Shown here in pieces: positions 30,151 to 41,894 of a DNA stretch of 64,000 nucleotides (its first letter is position 1; the number at the start of each line of letters is the position of its first letter). The stretch covers positions 286,688,001 through 286,752,000 of the forward strand of contig OZ024742.1 of NCBI GenBank assembly GCA_964016885.1, read 5' to 3'. Below the pieces are notes generated by a model. The model saw only the letters and a program-made list of their open reading frames with translations, was not told where the DNA came from and made no database searches. Position numbers and translations under genes: made by a program. The stretch comes from Eledone cirrhosa (Eukaryota).

Positions 30151-31143
30151 ACCATCATCGTCATTTCTGTCATTGTCATCGTTACGTCATCATCATCATC
30201 ATCGTCAGCATTATCATCACCATCATCATCATTGTGATCATCATTGTCATCACCTTTATCATCACCATCTTCATCATTGCCGTCATTTCCATCATCATTG
30301 TCATCGACATTGTCATGGTCGTCGTTGTTGTCATCATCATTGTTAACATCATCATTGTCATCATGATTTACATCGTCGTCGTTTTATCGTCTTCATTGTC
30401 ATCGCCAGTCTGTCATTTGTTATCGTCGTCGTCGTCATCGTCGTAGTCATCGTCAACGTCGTCATTGTCGTCGTCGTAGTCATCGTCATCGTAGTCATCG
30501 TCGTCGTCGTCGTCATCGTCGTCATCGTAGTCATCGTCGTCGTCGTAGTCATCGTCGTCATCGTCGTCGTTGTCGTCATCGTCGTCATCGTAGTCATCGT
30601 CGTCATCATCGTCATCGTAGTCATCGTCGTCGTTGTCGTCATCGTAGTCATCGTCGTCATCGTAGTCATCGTCGTCGTTGTCGTCATCGTAGTCATCGTC
30701 GTCGTCGTAGTCATCATCGTCATCGTAGTCATCGTCGTCATCATCGTCATCGTAGTCATCGTCGTCGTCGTCGTCATCGTAGTCATCGTCGTCGTCGTAG
30801 TCATCGTCGTTATCGTCGTCGTCGTCGTCATCGTCGTCATCGTAGTCATCGTCGTCATCATCGTCATCGTAGTCATCGTCGTCGTCGTCGTCGTCGTAGT
30901 CATCGTAGTCATCGTCGACAACGTCGTCATCGTAGTCATCGTCGTCGTCGTCGTCATCGTCGACAACGTCGTCATCGTCGACAACGTCGTCATCGTCGTT
31001 TCCGACGTCATTGTCATCGTCGTTGTTATTGTCGTCGTCATTTCGGCATCATCATTATTACCATCGTCATAATCATCGTTGCCATAGTTACTCTCCGCTA
31101 TCAAAATTGTTTACCTGCACAACTACTACTACTACTACTACTC

Positions 31144-31237
<94 letters not shown>

Positions 31238-31970
31238 CGGAAGCTATATGAACAACACCGTCACCATGACTACCGTCACTACCATAATTCTGTAACCAAT
31301 AACAACAACGCCATCATTATCATCATAATCATCAACCAACTCCACCACCGCCACTTACGTAACTATCAATCATTTCGTTCCCCACCACCACCATCACCAT
31401 TATTACTATCACCAAACCGCCACCACCAAACCACCACCACCACCACTACTACCACAACTACCACCAACATTACTACTACTACTACGACGACGACCACCAC
31501 CACCACAACCGCCACCAAAATTACTACTACTACTAATACTAATACTACTACTACTACCACCATCACCAACACCACCAACATCACCACAATGCTAATCAAC
31601 CAGTCCTTACCGGCAACATCACCACCAACTACACTATCAACCATATCACTCCGGACCCCACCACAACCATCATCTTCATCACTAGCCCCCATTATCATCA
31701 TCATCATCACAAACACCGCCACCATCACCACACCACCACCATCACCATTATCATTTCCATCACCACACAACCACCATCACCATCATCATTTCCATAACCA
31801 ACTCACCACCAACACCACCTCCACCACCATCACCACCACCATCATAACCACCACAACCACCACCACCATCACCACCATTACCCCACCACCACCACCACCA
31901 CCACCACCATCACCACCCTTTCACCCCCCCCCCCCACAACCACCAAAACCACCACCATCGCCATCATCAC
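30151..31970. repeat. (GTC/ATC)n, (ACT)n and (ACC)n low-complexity arrays
   Basis: Direct reading. Confidence 0.9.
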
Positions 31971-32329
31971 TTCCATTGCCAAACAGACATCCCGACGCCA
32001 ATCATAATATATCGATTATATATATATATATATATATAGATTATATTTGCAGCCCACCATGTAGCAGTGTGAGGAGAAGGCGGCGGGGAGAGCGGTGGTG
32101 GGGGTGGGGAGGCATATGTCTGATTGCACACTATCTTCTCTTCTATGTCGCTGCATTGCATATACTGTCATCTGATGCAATAGTTGCAGTCCATTGCAAC
32201 AGCAACGACAACTGCAACTGCTGTCGCAACTGCAACTCTTTCGAGCAGTTGGCAGTTACAAGAACTGCGCTGTTTCAATCCACACCTGTTAGAACATGTA
32301 GAAATCTTCAAATGTAGAAAATAATGGTA

Positions 32330-32510
32330 TCTTATAGAGGCACAAGGGGGAGGGGAAAGTCGATTAAAATCTTTATTTTATCGACCCCGTAAGGACGAAA
32401 GGCAAAGTTAACCACGGCGGGATTTGAACTCAGATCATAAAGGGCCGTAACTCTATGCTGCAAAGCATGGCGTCCCACCCTCCACCGATACTGCCAATCC
32501 ACCGCCCTTC
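32330..32510 (-). mobile_element. SINE copy with apparent target duplication
   Basis: SINE motif. CTTCAAATGTAGAAAATAAT occurs on both sides (~32306 and ~32507). Confidence 0.75.
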
Positions 32511-32797
32511 AAATGTAGAAAATAATAGTAACTATCGTCGATTGCTATAAATAATAGCTTAAACAATTGGTTACAATACCCCTATAGACGGATAAACGTG
32601 GACAGCAGCTGCTACGAAGGAAGGAGCGAATTTGTATCTGTGGCCAACTAATCTCTGGGGGTCCACAAAGTTAGGAGTGAACTAAATTTAAAATATCAAG
32701 AGGCTTCTGTACCATATATTTATATATATGTGTGTGTGTATATATCTTTTGAAGACCGTAAGCTATTGTTTTAAAGTAGTGACAAATTCACTCACTT

Positions 32798-32892
32798 TGA
32801 TCTCAGCAAACAGGGGAGATAAGCCGACAAGACTTGTTTCGCTTTGGTTGAAGCTTATCAAGGCCAACTACCCCACCTGCTTACTGAGATCA
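32798..32892 (-). ncRNA. Type I hammerhead ribozyme, U3-A8 variant, long stem I
   Basis: TGATCTCAGTAAGCAGG..GGCC-TTGATAA-GCTT CAACCA AAGC-GAAACAAG T CTTGTC-GGCT..CCTGTTTGCTGAGATCA. Confidence 0.8.
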
Positions 32893-33113
32893 TTGATGTT
32901 ATATTCTTATAGAAATCTAGTAAATAATCAGGAGCTGATTATGCAGAGCGGTTGTTGGTCAGGCAGAAATTAAAAATTAGAATTGGAGCTCTGAAATAGC
33001 AATATATATATGGATGTATATATAATGCATTTTGCAATACACTTTATGCTTAATTAAAAGCATTTTGAAGACCGTAAGCTATTGTTTTAAAGTAGTGACA
33101 AATTCACTCACTT

Positions 33114-33208
33114 TGATCTCAGCAAACAGGGGAGATAAGCCGACAAGACTTGTTTCGCTTTGGTTGAAGCTTATCAAGGCCAACTACCCCACCTGCTTAC
33201 TGAGATCA
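33114..33208 (-). ncRNA. Type I hammerhead ribozyme, U3-A8 variant (second copy)
   Basis: Identical to 32798-32892. Confidence 0.8.
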
Positions 33209-33232
33209 TTGATGTTGAGATCATTGATGTTA

Positions 33233-33422
33233 TACCCTTAAAAAATGCAACCATAACCAGAATGGTTGCATTTTTTAAGGGTATGTCAATATTTATTTAT
33301 AAAACTAACCTATATTATATTTTATCTGATGAAAGCGCACCATAGTTTGCTTTGGTGGCCCTTGAAATATGTATAATGAAATAAATATGGTTTTATAAAT
33401 ATAGTTTCCATTTGTTAATATA
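33233..33422 (+). mobile_element. Solo PLE 3' terminus with HHR (33318-33383) and 5' fold-back hairpin
   Basis: 33260-33420 matches 50182-50340. HHR: TATTTTAT-CTGATGA-AAG..CACCA..TGGTG..CTT-GAAAT ATGT ATA-ATGAAATA. Hairpin ATACCCTTAAAAAATGCAACCAT/ATGGTTGCATTTTTTAAGGGTAT. Confidence 0.85.
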
Positions 33423-33479
33423 TTGTATATATATATATATGCATCCAGAGTTTAGTTGACCGCAGATTACATGCTGAAG

Positions 33480-34040
33480 GAGCCTTAGGGTCACCATATT
33501 GACATATGGGATTTCTAGAGCATTTTTAAAACTTGGCAAAGCCCATCTCTTCTCCAGGTCTAACTACAGTAGATTTCTTCCAGAGGATAGAGAGTGGGCG
33601 AATGGAAGTGAGAAATATATAGAGAGGAGGTATCCACCCCCACCACTAGACTGGTACTTGAATAGACGAAAGGAAAAGTTGACCTTGGAGGGATTTAGAC
33701 TCAGAGAAGCAGATAGAGAGTGAAAGAATGGAAGTGATAAAGAGATGTAGAGTAAGAGTCAACCCCCAGTACTAGACTGGTACTTTTCTTATCGACGTCG
33801 GATGAACGAAAGGCAAAGTTGACCTAGGTGGGATTTGAACCCAGAGAAGCAGATAGGTAAAGAGAAGGGGGTTAGAAAGAGATATAGAGGAAGAATCAAG
33901 CCCAGTACTAGACTGGTACTTTTTTATCGACCTTGAATGGATGAAAGGCAGAGTTGACTTCGGCGAGATTTGAACTCAATGAAACGCAGAGAGCCGAAAC
34001 GAATACCGCAAATCATTCTATCCGAGGTTCTAACTACTCA
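33480..34040 (-). mobile_element. SINE with internally triplicated body segment
   Basis: Three successive ACTAGACTGGTACTT..GAAAGG..AGTTGAC..GATTT units. Confidence 0.75.
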
Positions 34041-34463
34041 TTTCACCAATTTGCCACGTTTCACCAGAGATCAAGGAAGGTTAATTGAGAGGTAAACTGT
34101 TAAGATGAAAACATTGTTTCGTTGAACTGCATCTCCTCCAAATATGCCACTTACGGAGCTGGGCACTACTTGAAGTATTGATTTATAGATTCAATAGACT
34201 TAAAATAAGGACAAGTGAAAATGTCTGGCATACAATGACATTAACAGTGTTAGTGAAATAAAGCGGAAATAGAAGCCATACTGTTGTAGAAGTGACTCGC
34301 CGGAACCGGAAACATATCTATCTCTACTGCGACATTATCACTAACTAAAAATTGCGTACGTCTCCCCCCCCCCTCTCTCTCTCTTTTTCTTTCTTTCTCT
34401 CTCTCTCTCTCTGTACATGAATACATATGTTAGCATGCATATATTAGCATACATATATTAGCA

Positions 34464-34505
<42 letters not shown>

Positions 34506-34551
34506 CACAGAAGATATATATATATATGCATGCTAATACATGGATTCATGT

Positions 34552-34590
<39 letters not shown>

Positions 34591-34840
34591 AATGAAAATA
34601 GAGAAATTAATGTGAGCAAGAAGCCAACAGTATTTCATAGTATATAAGTGACTATTACGTCAAAATGGAAATATTTAACGTAAGATATGGGAAAATAATT
34701 CAAACTCAATTAAAAAAAAAAGTCAAGACAGAAATTTTATCCACAGATTTTGTGAAATCCAGGGAAAAAACCAATAGAGTCTTAACTCAGAATAAAATTA
34801 AGGTTAAATACTCATCCTTCAATTTGGAAAAACTACAAAT

Positions 34841-34921
34841 GCTCTATATAGTCTTAAAAAGACTATTTCACGAAACTTTTCAGTGGGATTAGTCACGGTT
34901 GGAATCGTTCATCAGTAGAGC
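34841..34921 (-). ncRNA. Type I hammerhead ribozyme
   Basis: GCTCTA-CTGATGA-ACGA..TCGT-GAAAT AGTCTT TTT AAGACT ATA-TAGAGC. All three helices pair. Confidence 0.85.
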
Positions 34922-35044
34922 TCAAAACACGATCACCAAACCCACTGCTAAAATATGCCAGAAAGGAAATTTAAAAGCAGGCTAGTGCATCTCGTGCGGA
35001 ATTATGTATATATATTTATATATATATATACATGTACAGATATG

Positions 35045-35220
35045 GTGTGGTAAAAACCAGGTCGACCATAACCCTCCAGAATACTCAATACTTGGGGTAG
35101 TAAAGTGGGTAATATGAAACGATTCAGGACCCCGACGGCTGAGCTCCGGCCGTTTCGACAGCCAGATCCACAGTCGAAACGGCCGGAGCTCAGCCGCCGG
35201 GGTTCTGAATCTTTTCATAT
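35045..35220 (-). mobile_element. Ultra-short PLE terminus: HHR 3'-half hairpin plus tail (family of 5550-5738)
   Basis: Hairpin 35112-35220 containing GAAACGGCCGGAGCTCAGCCG. The tail is homologous to 5660-5730 in reverse orientation. Confidence 0.75.
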
Positions 35221-35624
35221 ATATATATAAATGTACATATATGTATCATATTCTATATATGTATTGAAGTTTACGTTGAAAATTGAAAAAGTCATAGGAG
35301 TGAAGAGTGCTCTATGTAAGTTACACAGCTAAATTTAATGTATAATAAACAATACAATATAATTACCTCATTACCAGAGGTTTCCCGAATAAGACGAATA
35401 CAAGAAACGTCCTCATTCGTTAGTCAGACTATACACATGCATTTGTACATACACACATATGTACATTTGTAGGTGCATATACACACATTTATACACATAC
35501 CCTTACTATATTTCCTTATTTTATTTTTATATATCTCTTGCATTACTTTTATTTATATATTTCTTTTGCCCGTTAAACTTTTGCCTTTCTTGAGGAGATT
35601 TTCCAAATATTTCACTATGTTTTA

Positions 35625-35702
35625 AATTGCCTTGTCTGACGAACGAATGAGGACGTTTCTTGTATTTGTCTTATTCGGGAAACCTCTGGTAATGAGGTAA
35701 TT
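35625..35702 (+). ncRNA. Type I hammerhead ribozyme with inverted partial copy at 35341-35429
   Basis: ATTGCCTTGT-CTGACGA-A CGAATGAGGAC..GTCTTATTCG G-GAAACC TCT GGTA-ATGAGGTAAT. Confidence 0.8.
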
Positions 35703-35725
35703 ATATTGTATTGTTTATTATACAT

Positions 35726-35796
<71 letters not shown>

Positions 35797-35809
35797 ATAT
35801 ATATCCTAA

Positions 35810-35878
<69 letters not shown>

Positions 35879-35879
35879 A

Positions 35880-36052
35880 GCTGACCACGATACTCTCATG
35901 GAAAGAGCAAATGTGGTTAATTTTTCAACTTAGTCCCTGAAAGAAACAATGCAGTTATTAATAAGAAGAACTGAAATTAATTCATACGGATTTCACAGCT
36001 CTAGCATCACTCCTTCATAGTCTGCCTATAAACGTTTCGGCCGTTCCTCGTG
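35880..36052. mobile_element. Mariner-type MITE, partial
   Basis: Homologous to 43755-43960. Confidence 0.6.
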
Positions 36053-36062
36053 TATATATATA

Positions 36063-36519
36063 CAGTTCTTCCTCGGTATTCGTGGGGCTTACATTCTTAG
36101 AGCACCCGCGAAGAGTGAAAAGCCGTGAATATTTGACGTGGTCCATAAAAATGCCTATAAACATATAGATTACCCCCAGTGCACCGCTGGTATTTTATTT
36201 TATCGACCTCCTAAGGATGAAAGGCAAAGTTAAGCTCGGCAGATTTGAACTCAGTACGCAAAGGGCCATAACTATGCTGCAAAGCATGGTGTCTGACGCT
36301 CTACCGATACTGCCAGGCCGGCAAATACGGTATATTGTTATTAGTAATTTAGCGAGAAAAAGCGTGAAAAAATATATATTGCCACGAAGAAAGCCATAAA
36401 AAATCGCGCAAGTTATTTACGATTCCACGAATATGCGGGGGTTTCTACGAACAATTATTAGTTAGGTTCTAAGGAAAATTCTGCGAATAACCGGAGCCGC
36501 GAATGCTGGGGGTACACTG
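36063..36519. mobile_element. Tigger/pogo-like MITE with nested SINE fragment (~36170-36318)
   Basis: TA-CAGTTCTTCCTCGGTATTCGTGG ... CCGCGAATGCTGGGGGTACACTG-TA degenerate TIRs. Confidence 0.6.
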
Positions 36520-36793
36520 TATGTATGTGTATATATACAATAAGAGAGAAAGAAAGAACTACAGACAAAAATGTGAACTTTTCTCCCTATGTGAACTTTT
36601 CTCCATTTTCTTATTATTCTTATTAATATGTAATTTAATAGCATTATACTCTTCCTTCGTTGAAAAAGTATAAAAGCTGAAACGGGTACAATTGAATGCG
36701 GAAATTCCTATTTTGTAAATAAATGTCTTGATGTTATTTTGAGAGATAATCCCTCTAGCATTTTCTACTGTGCTTTTTTTTTTCCTTTTTTAC

Positions 36794-36876
<83 letters not shown>

Positions 36877-37088
36877 TATATATATTGTTATACTTGGGGA
36901 GGGTCATATTTGCGTAATATTGCCAGAATTAGTAACAGAACACACTCACTGTTTGGTTGGTTTTCGCTTCTCGCTGTCTTTTATATCTGCGATCTAACTT
37001 ACTCGGTCCTCAATGTTGCCATTGACTGACCATTGACTATATATATATAACGAATGTAAAAAGGTAACACACGAGTTGATTACTATTT

Positions 37089-37137
<49 letters not shown>

Positions 37138-37138
<1 letters not shown>

Positions 37139-38031
37139 GAGGTGTGTCAGAAAAGTTCCAGGACTGATGTCACAAAATATTTATTTCAAACCCAAACTTC
37201 ACACTAAGAGTTTCTCCTTCAAAGTAATCCCCCTGGAGTCTAATGCACTTTTCCATCCTTTTCTGCCACGCATGCACTCCTGGAAGGATTCTTCCGGGAT
37301 CCTCCGCAGTCCCGTCGTCACAGCCTTTTTAATGTCGTCCACGTCTTCAAAACGAGCCCCCTCCGGGTCGTACTCGAAGATCCATGACTCATCACCGGTG
37401 ATGACTGTCCCTAGCAAGTCTGGCTCGGTTTCAAGACGCTCGAGGATGTCCTGGCACACTTGCTTGCGTCAACCCTTCTGGTCATCGTTCAGCAGTTTTG
37501 GCACGATCTTCGTGCAGACTTTCCGCATGTCCAAATCTTCAGTGAGAATCTTCCAGACGCTGTCCCGATTCATGCCCAGCTCATTTGCCATCAGTCGAAC
37601 AGTCAGCCGACGATCGCTACGCACCATCTGCCTGACGCGCTCAACGTTGACCTCAGTCCTGGTTGTTGAGGGCCTTCCGCTCCTGGGGGTCATCTTCCAC
37701 GTCCTCGTGTCCTTCTTTAAACCTCTTGCACCACTCAAAAATACGTGAGCGAGACATCGTCTCATCTCCATACACTTGCTGCAGCGGAACTTTCCTCAAC
37801 GGTACCAGAAACTTCAAGTTTGTTCGTAGCTCTGTGCTCCTTGATTGACGACCTGAAACAGAGGTCATGTATATAAAATTATGTAGAAAAAAGTTTGATC
37901 GCTGCAGAGAGCTAAGATTACAGTTACATACTCCAGGGGGATTACTTTGAAGGAGAAAACTCTTAGTGTGAAGTTTGGATTTGAAATAAATCGTTTGTGA
38001 CACCAGTCCTGGAACTATTCTGACACACCTC

Positions 38032-38032
<1 letters not shown>
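37138..38032 (-). mobile_element. Internally deleted mariner transposon with ~100-bp TIRs
   Basis: TIR CGAGGTGTGTCAGAA. Transposase remnants RIFEWCKRFKEG, RSGRPST, DRRLTVR, KIVPKLL, ITGDESWIFEYDPE. Confidence 0.92.
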
Positions 38033-38066
<34 letters not shown>

Positions 38067-38071
38067 CATAC

Positions 38072-38112
<41 letters not shown>

Positions 38113-38114
<2 letters not shown>

Positions 38115-38220
38115 TATTTCTTTATTAGCCACAGGGGCACAAAAGAAGGGGACAAATACAAAGGGGGAAGTTTACATACAATAAAAACGTGTAAAATGTT
38201 ATCACAGATGGAATTTAAAA
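38113..38220 (-). mobile_element. Short 3' end fragment of Tx1-like LINE in (GATA)n
   Basis: Homologous to the 3' ends at ~38246-38310 and ~60957-61025. Confidence 0.7.
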
Positions 38221-38513
38221 GTTAGATAGATAAGATAGATAGATATGTTTCTTTTATTTGCCACTAGGGCATCAAAAGTGGGACAAGTACAATGGGGGGG
38301 GGGGGTTTACAAAACAAGGCGTCCTCAATAAGGAGGAGGCAATAACAAAATATAAAAATAAAATAAAATATAACAAAAAATAAAATTTATAACAAAATCC
38401 TCAATAGAGAGGAGGCGTCTTGGGGGGTCGCACACACCCCCGAAAAAAGTGTGCAACCCTTCTCCTCAGGAGCACAGAGAGGGGGTGCTCCCTCGTTCCT
38501 TCCTCTTTTCCAC

Positions 38514-41500
38514 CTACAGGCTTATGTAAAGAGAAGGCCCATTCACACGGGCCATTCTCGCCACTTTCACCCACCTTTCATAAAAACGACTGGGGTGGAG
38601 CACCTCTCTCTCCATCCTGATCCTTCTTCCGAAATGATATCGGAAGAAACGGACCAGTTGTTGGCCAGAGAGAAAGGTGCCTGACCTCAGTCCTTTTAGA
38701 CGCGTCCACCATACAACTTCTTTCACCATGGCTATTACGCCTCTCCTTCATCTTTGAAGGGGGGAGGCGGCTTGATCATTACAATAGACTCGGTGGTCAA
38801 CCGGATCGGTCCCACCCTTGACAGCAGTTGTTCGACATAGCCCCACAGATCGGCTACGCCCGAGCAGTGTACCAATGCGTGTGCAACGGTTTCCTCGTCG
38901 CACACGCATCTGGGACAGATCTTTTTGGTGGGGTCCCTACCCGGGCGCCCGTGTCTGTAGAGCTTTTCTCGAACGGGTAGAGCCCCTCGGTAGCACTGCC
39001 AGGCCAGGGACTTCTGGAAGTTGTCCATAGGTCCCGGGCTGAATGTCCTACCGAACAGGCTGGCCAGTTCGTCCTCCTCCATGTCTAGGGCTTCTCCGAG
39101 GGCGTCGTCGCACCTGCTGCGTACCAGCCCTCTATAGAATGTTGCGGTGGAGTCTCCACTGATAACCGGATCCGCCTGCCAGAGGGCGGTGAGCGCCTGG
39201 GCACACTCAGTGTGCCAGGCGCCCAGTTTTCTCGGTCTTTGCTTGACCCAGGATTGCAGCTCGGTGAGTGAGACGAGTCTGGGAAAGGTTCGTCTCACAA
39301 ACGAGGCCCACACCGGTTGACCGGTGAGGAATACGTGGAGGTGCCGTAGCCTTAATGCGTGTTTACGCATCATTAGCCACGGCATCCCCAGCCCTCCTTT
39401 CGAAGGGTGCTGACAGCAGATGGATCTCCTCACCAAGGGAGCCCGCCTCTTCCAAAGGAATTGGAAGAGCGCGCGCTCCATCTTGGCGAGGGTTTCCCTT
39501 GGGCAAGGCACTACGGTCAGGCGGTAGTAGATGACGGACGCTATATAGGTGTTCGCCACCTCCGCCCGACCTTTCAGGGATAGTTTGCAACTGGCCCACT
39601 TCTGGGTCAGTGCAAACACCCTGTTCGTAACCTCCGCCCAGTTCTTCTCCACCTGGAGGTCTGGTCCGAACCAGACCCCGAGCAACTTCACCGGGCCCTC
39701 CGTCCAGCGTCCGACGACGCCATCGGAGGGCATCGGTCTACCCCTCCACGTGCCGAGTTGCAAACCGATCGACTTGTCCCGGTTCAGCTTAGCCCCTGTG
39801 AACCTTTCGTACTCCTCCAGTAAGGTGCCGACCGCCCCGATTTCGGAGGTCGTCGACACCATTACTGTCACGTCATCGGCGTAGGCCGACACTGCTTTCC
39901 GCAATCCCGGTTCCAAAGGGATGCCCTGCAACAACTCCAACTTCCGCAGTAGTGGCTCGAGAGTCAACACATACAGAAGGGAGGAGAGAGGGCACCCTTG
40001 TCGGATGGACCGCGCGATTTTGAACGGCTCCGAGAGGTAGCCGTTCACCTTGGCCCTAGAGCAGATGCGGCTGCTGTGCATAGCAGTGATCCAGCCCCTG
40101 AAAACGGGTCCGAAGCCTGCCGCCGCTAGCACCGCATCCAGGTAACCATAGTCGACCCTATTGAACGCCTTAGATTGATCCAAGTTGATCAGAGCCCCAC
40201 CAAAGCCGGGTTCGTTCCCAACCCTCTCTATGATGTATCGCATGAGGTGGAGGTTGTCATGGATGGACCTGGACGGGATAGCACATGTCTGCGCATCTCC
40301 CACCAGGTTGTCCACGACAAGCGCCAACCTCTTTGCTACCACCTTGGCCAAAATCTGTATGGGCCTGAAGTTACTTATTTCGTCCCCCTTGTTTTCGTCC
40401 TTCCTCACTAGCGTGACTACGCCCTTGGTCACAGTACAGGGAATTCTCCCGTTCTGTTGCCAGTTGCAGTAGACCGCCTCGAGGAGATCGGGGAACAAGT
40501 CCGGCATAGCTAGATATAATTCGTATGGAAGACCATCGAGACCCGGGGATTTGCGTTTGCCGCAGTGGCTCAGCACGTCCTCTATCTCAGCGGCCGAAAT
40601 CGGCTCCTCGCAGGACTTCGCCTCCCTGTCCGAGAGACGCGGCAGGCCGTCGAGGTATGGACCGAAGTCCACATCCCCAACCGGCTCCCCGCCCCTTCCG
40701 AACAGTCGGGCAAAGTGCCTTTGAAAGGCCTCACACATCTGCTTAGGCTCAAGAATCGCCCGTCCATCCTGGTCTCGCAAAGACCGGATGGTGGATTTAG
40801 TTCCACTGTTGGCCTCTGTCACGCGGGCCCAGCTAACAGCTTTGGTCCCCTCGTTCCCTAGAGTACGTATTTTACTTCGGACAACGCAGCTTTCGTGCTT
40901 CGCGTCGAAAAACTGGCTCAAAGCCGTTCTCGACGCTAGCACTCTGGCCACGTCGCCGCTTCTAATTGCCTCTTCTACTCTATCTATTAGCTCCCTTTCC
41001 TTCCTATTCCTATCCGCAGCTAGAACCTTACTAAATTCTATCGAGACTACTCTAATCTCTCTCTTTAGAGATACCCACCACCTGCTGTTGACGATCGCTC
41101 CAGTCAACCGTTCCTTAACTAACGTACTAATCCGATCCCTGTAAGCTCTACTTGCCGGCAAGGACAAGTTGAGCTTCCAGTAACCGGGGCCCTGTCTATG
41201 CGTTCTATCAAGGTTGACTATGCAGGACACCAACTTGTGGTCTGAATAGCCAACCATGAGCATTTCTGGACAACTTAAAAAGTGCCTGTCCTTATTTCTA
41301 ACTAAAAACCTATCTAGGTACGACCTAGATGATCCGCTGCGATTTGACCAAGACCAGGTTGGCACCGTCGGAAAATCTAGTCGAAATCTATCGGCCAGGT
41401 CAAATCGGCCGAGTAACCCCTTGAGGCTGTTGCACCCCTCTCTATCGGGACATGCCCCTGCATAGTCCCAACGTGCATCCAGGATACCATTCCAGTCCCC

Positions 41501-41745
41501 CACTAAAAGCAGGGAACGGGACGTCCCTAGAAAAGACTCCAGACGCTGGAAAAAGTCAGGCCGCTCTGTCCCAAAAGGGGCATATGCGGCTACCAGCCTA
41601 AAGGCTCTACCTTCACCACTGCCAAGGTCCAACACCACCAGTCGACCCCCTGGGTCCAAGTGAACTATCTGTGTGGCAAGACCCAGATGTTTTTGCAGCA
41701 GAATGACAACCCCACCCCCACCTCCGGGCTGACAGAGAGATGCGT
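38514..41745 (-). pseudogene. LINE ORF2 (APE endonuclease, RT, C-terminal Cys/His domain) with deletions
   Basis: GDWN, LDRF, SDH (APE); KSPGLDG, LDQSKAF, RQGCPLS, YADD (RT); CPRC..ETVAHALVHC. The APE N-terminus is missing and there is a frameshift at ~38737. Confidence 0.92.
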
Positions 41746-41894
41746 GCAGAGGAGGACGCGGTTGATTGGTTTGGCGCAGGGGGGGGGGGGGCACGTCCTC
41801 CGTGAAATTTATTTTCAGTGTTTTATAAAAGTTCATTGGGACTTTAATCATTTTTAAATGAGGTAGTCCCACAGCAGTTATAAAGTTAGGCCCT

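Larger units (their letters stand above)
32747..33216 (-). mobile_element. Retrozyme-like/pLTR tandem: 154-bp direct repeats with 316-bp period, each containing an HHR
   Basis: 32747-32900 matches 33063-33216. An HHR lies on the minus strand of each copy. Confidence 0.75.

Noticed and set aside
25020-30179. Long Ser/Leu and Met/Ile ORFs (up to 1204 aa)
   Set aside because: Products of the 39-bp satellite.
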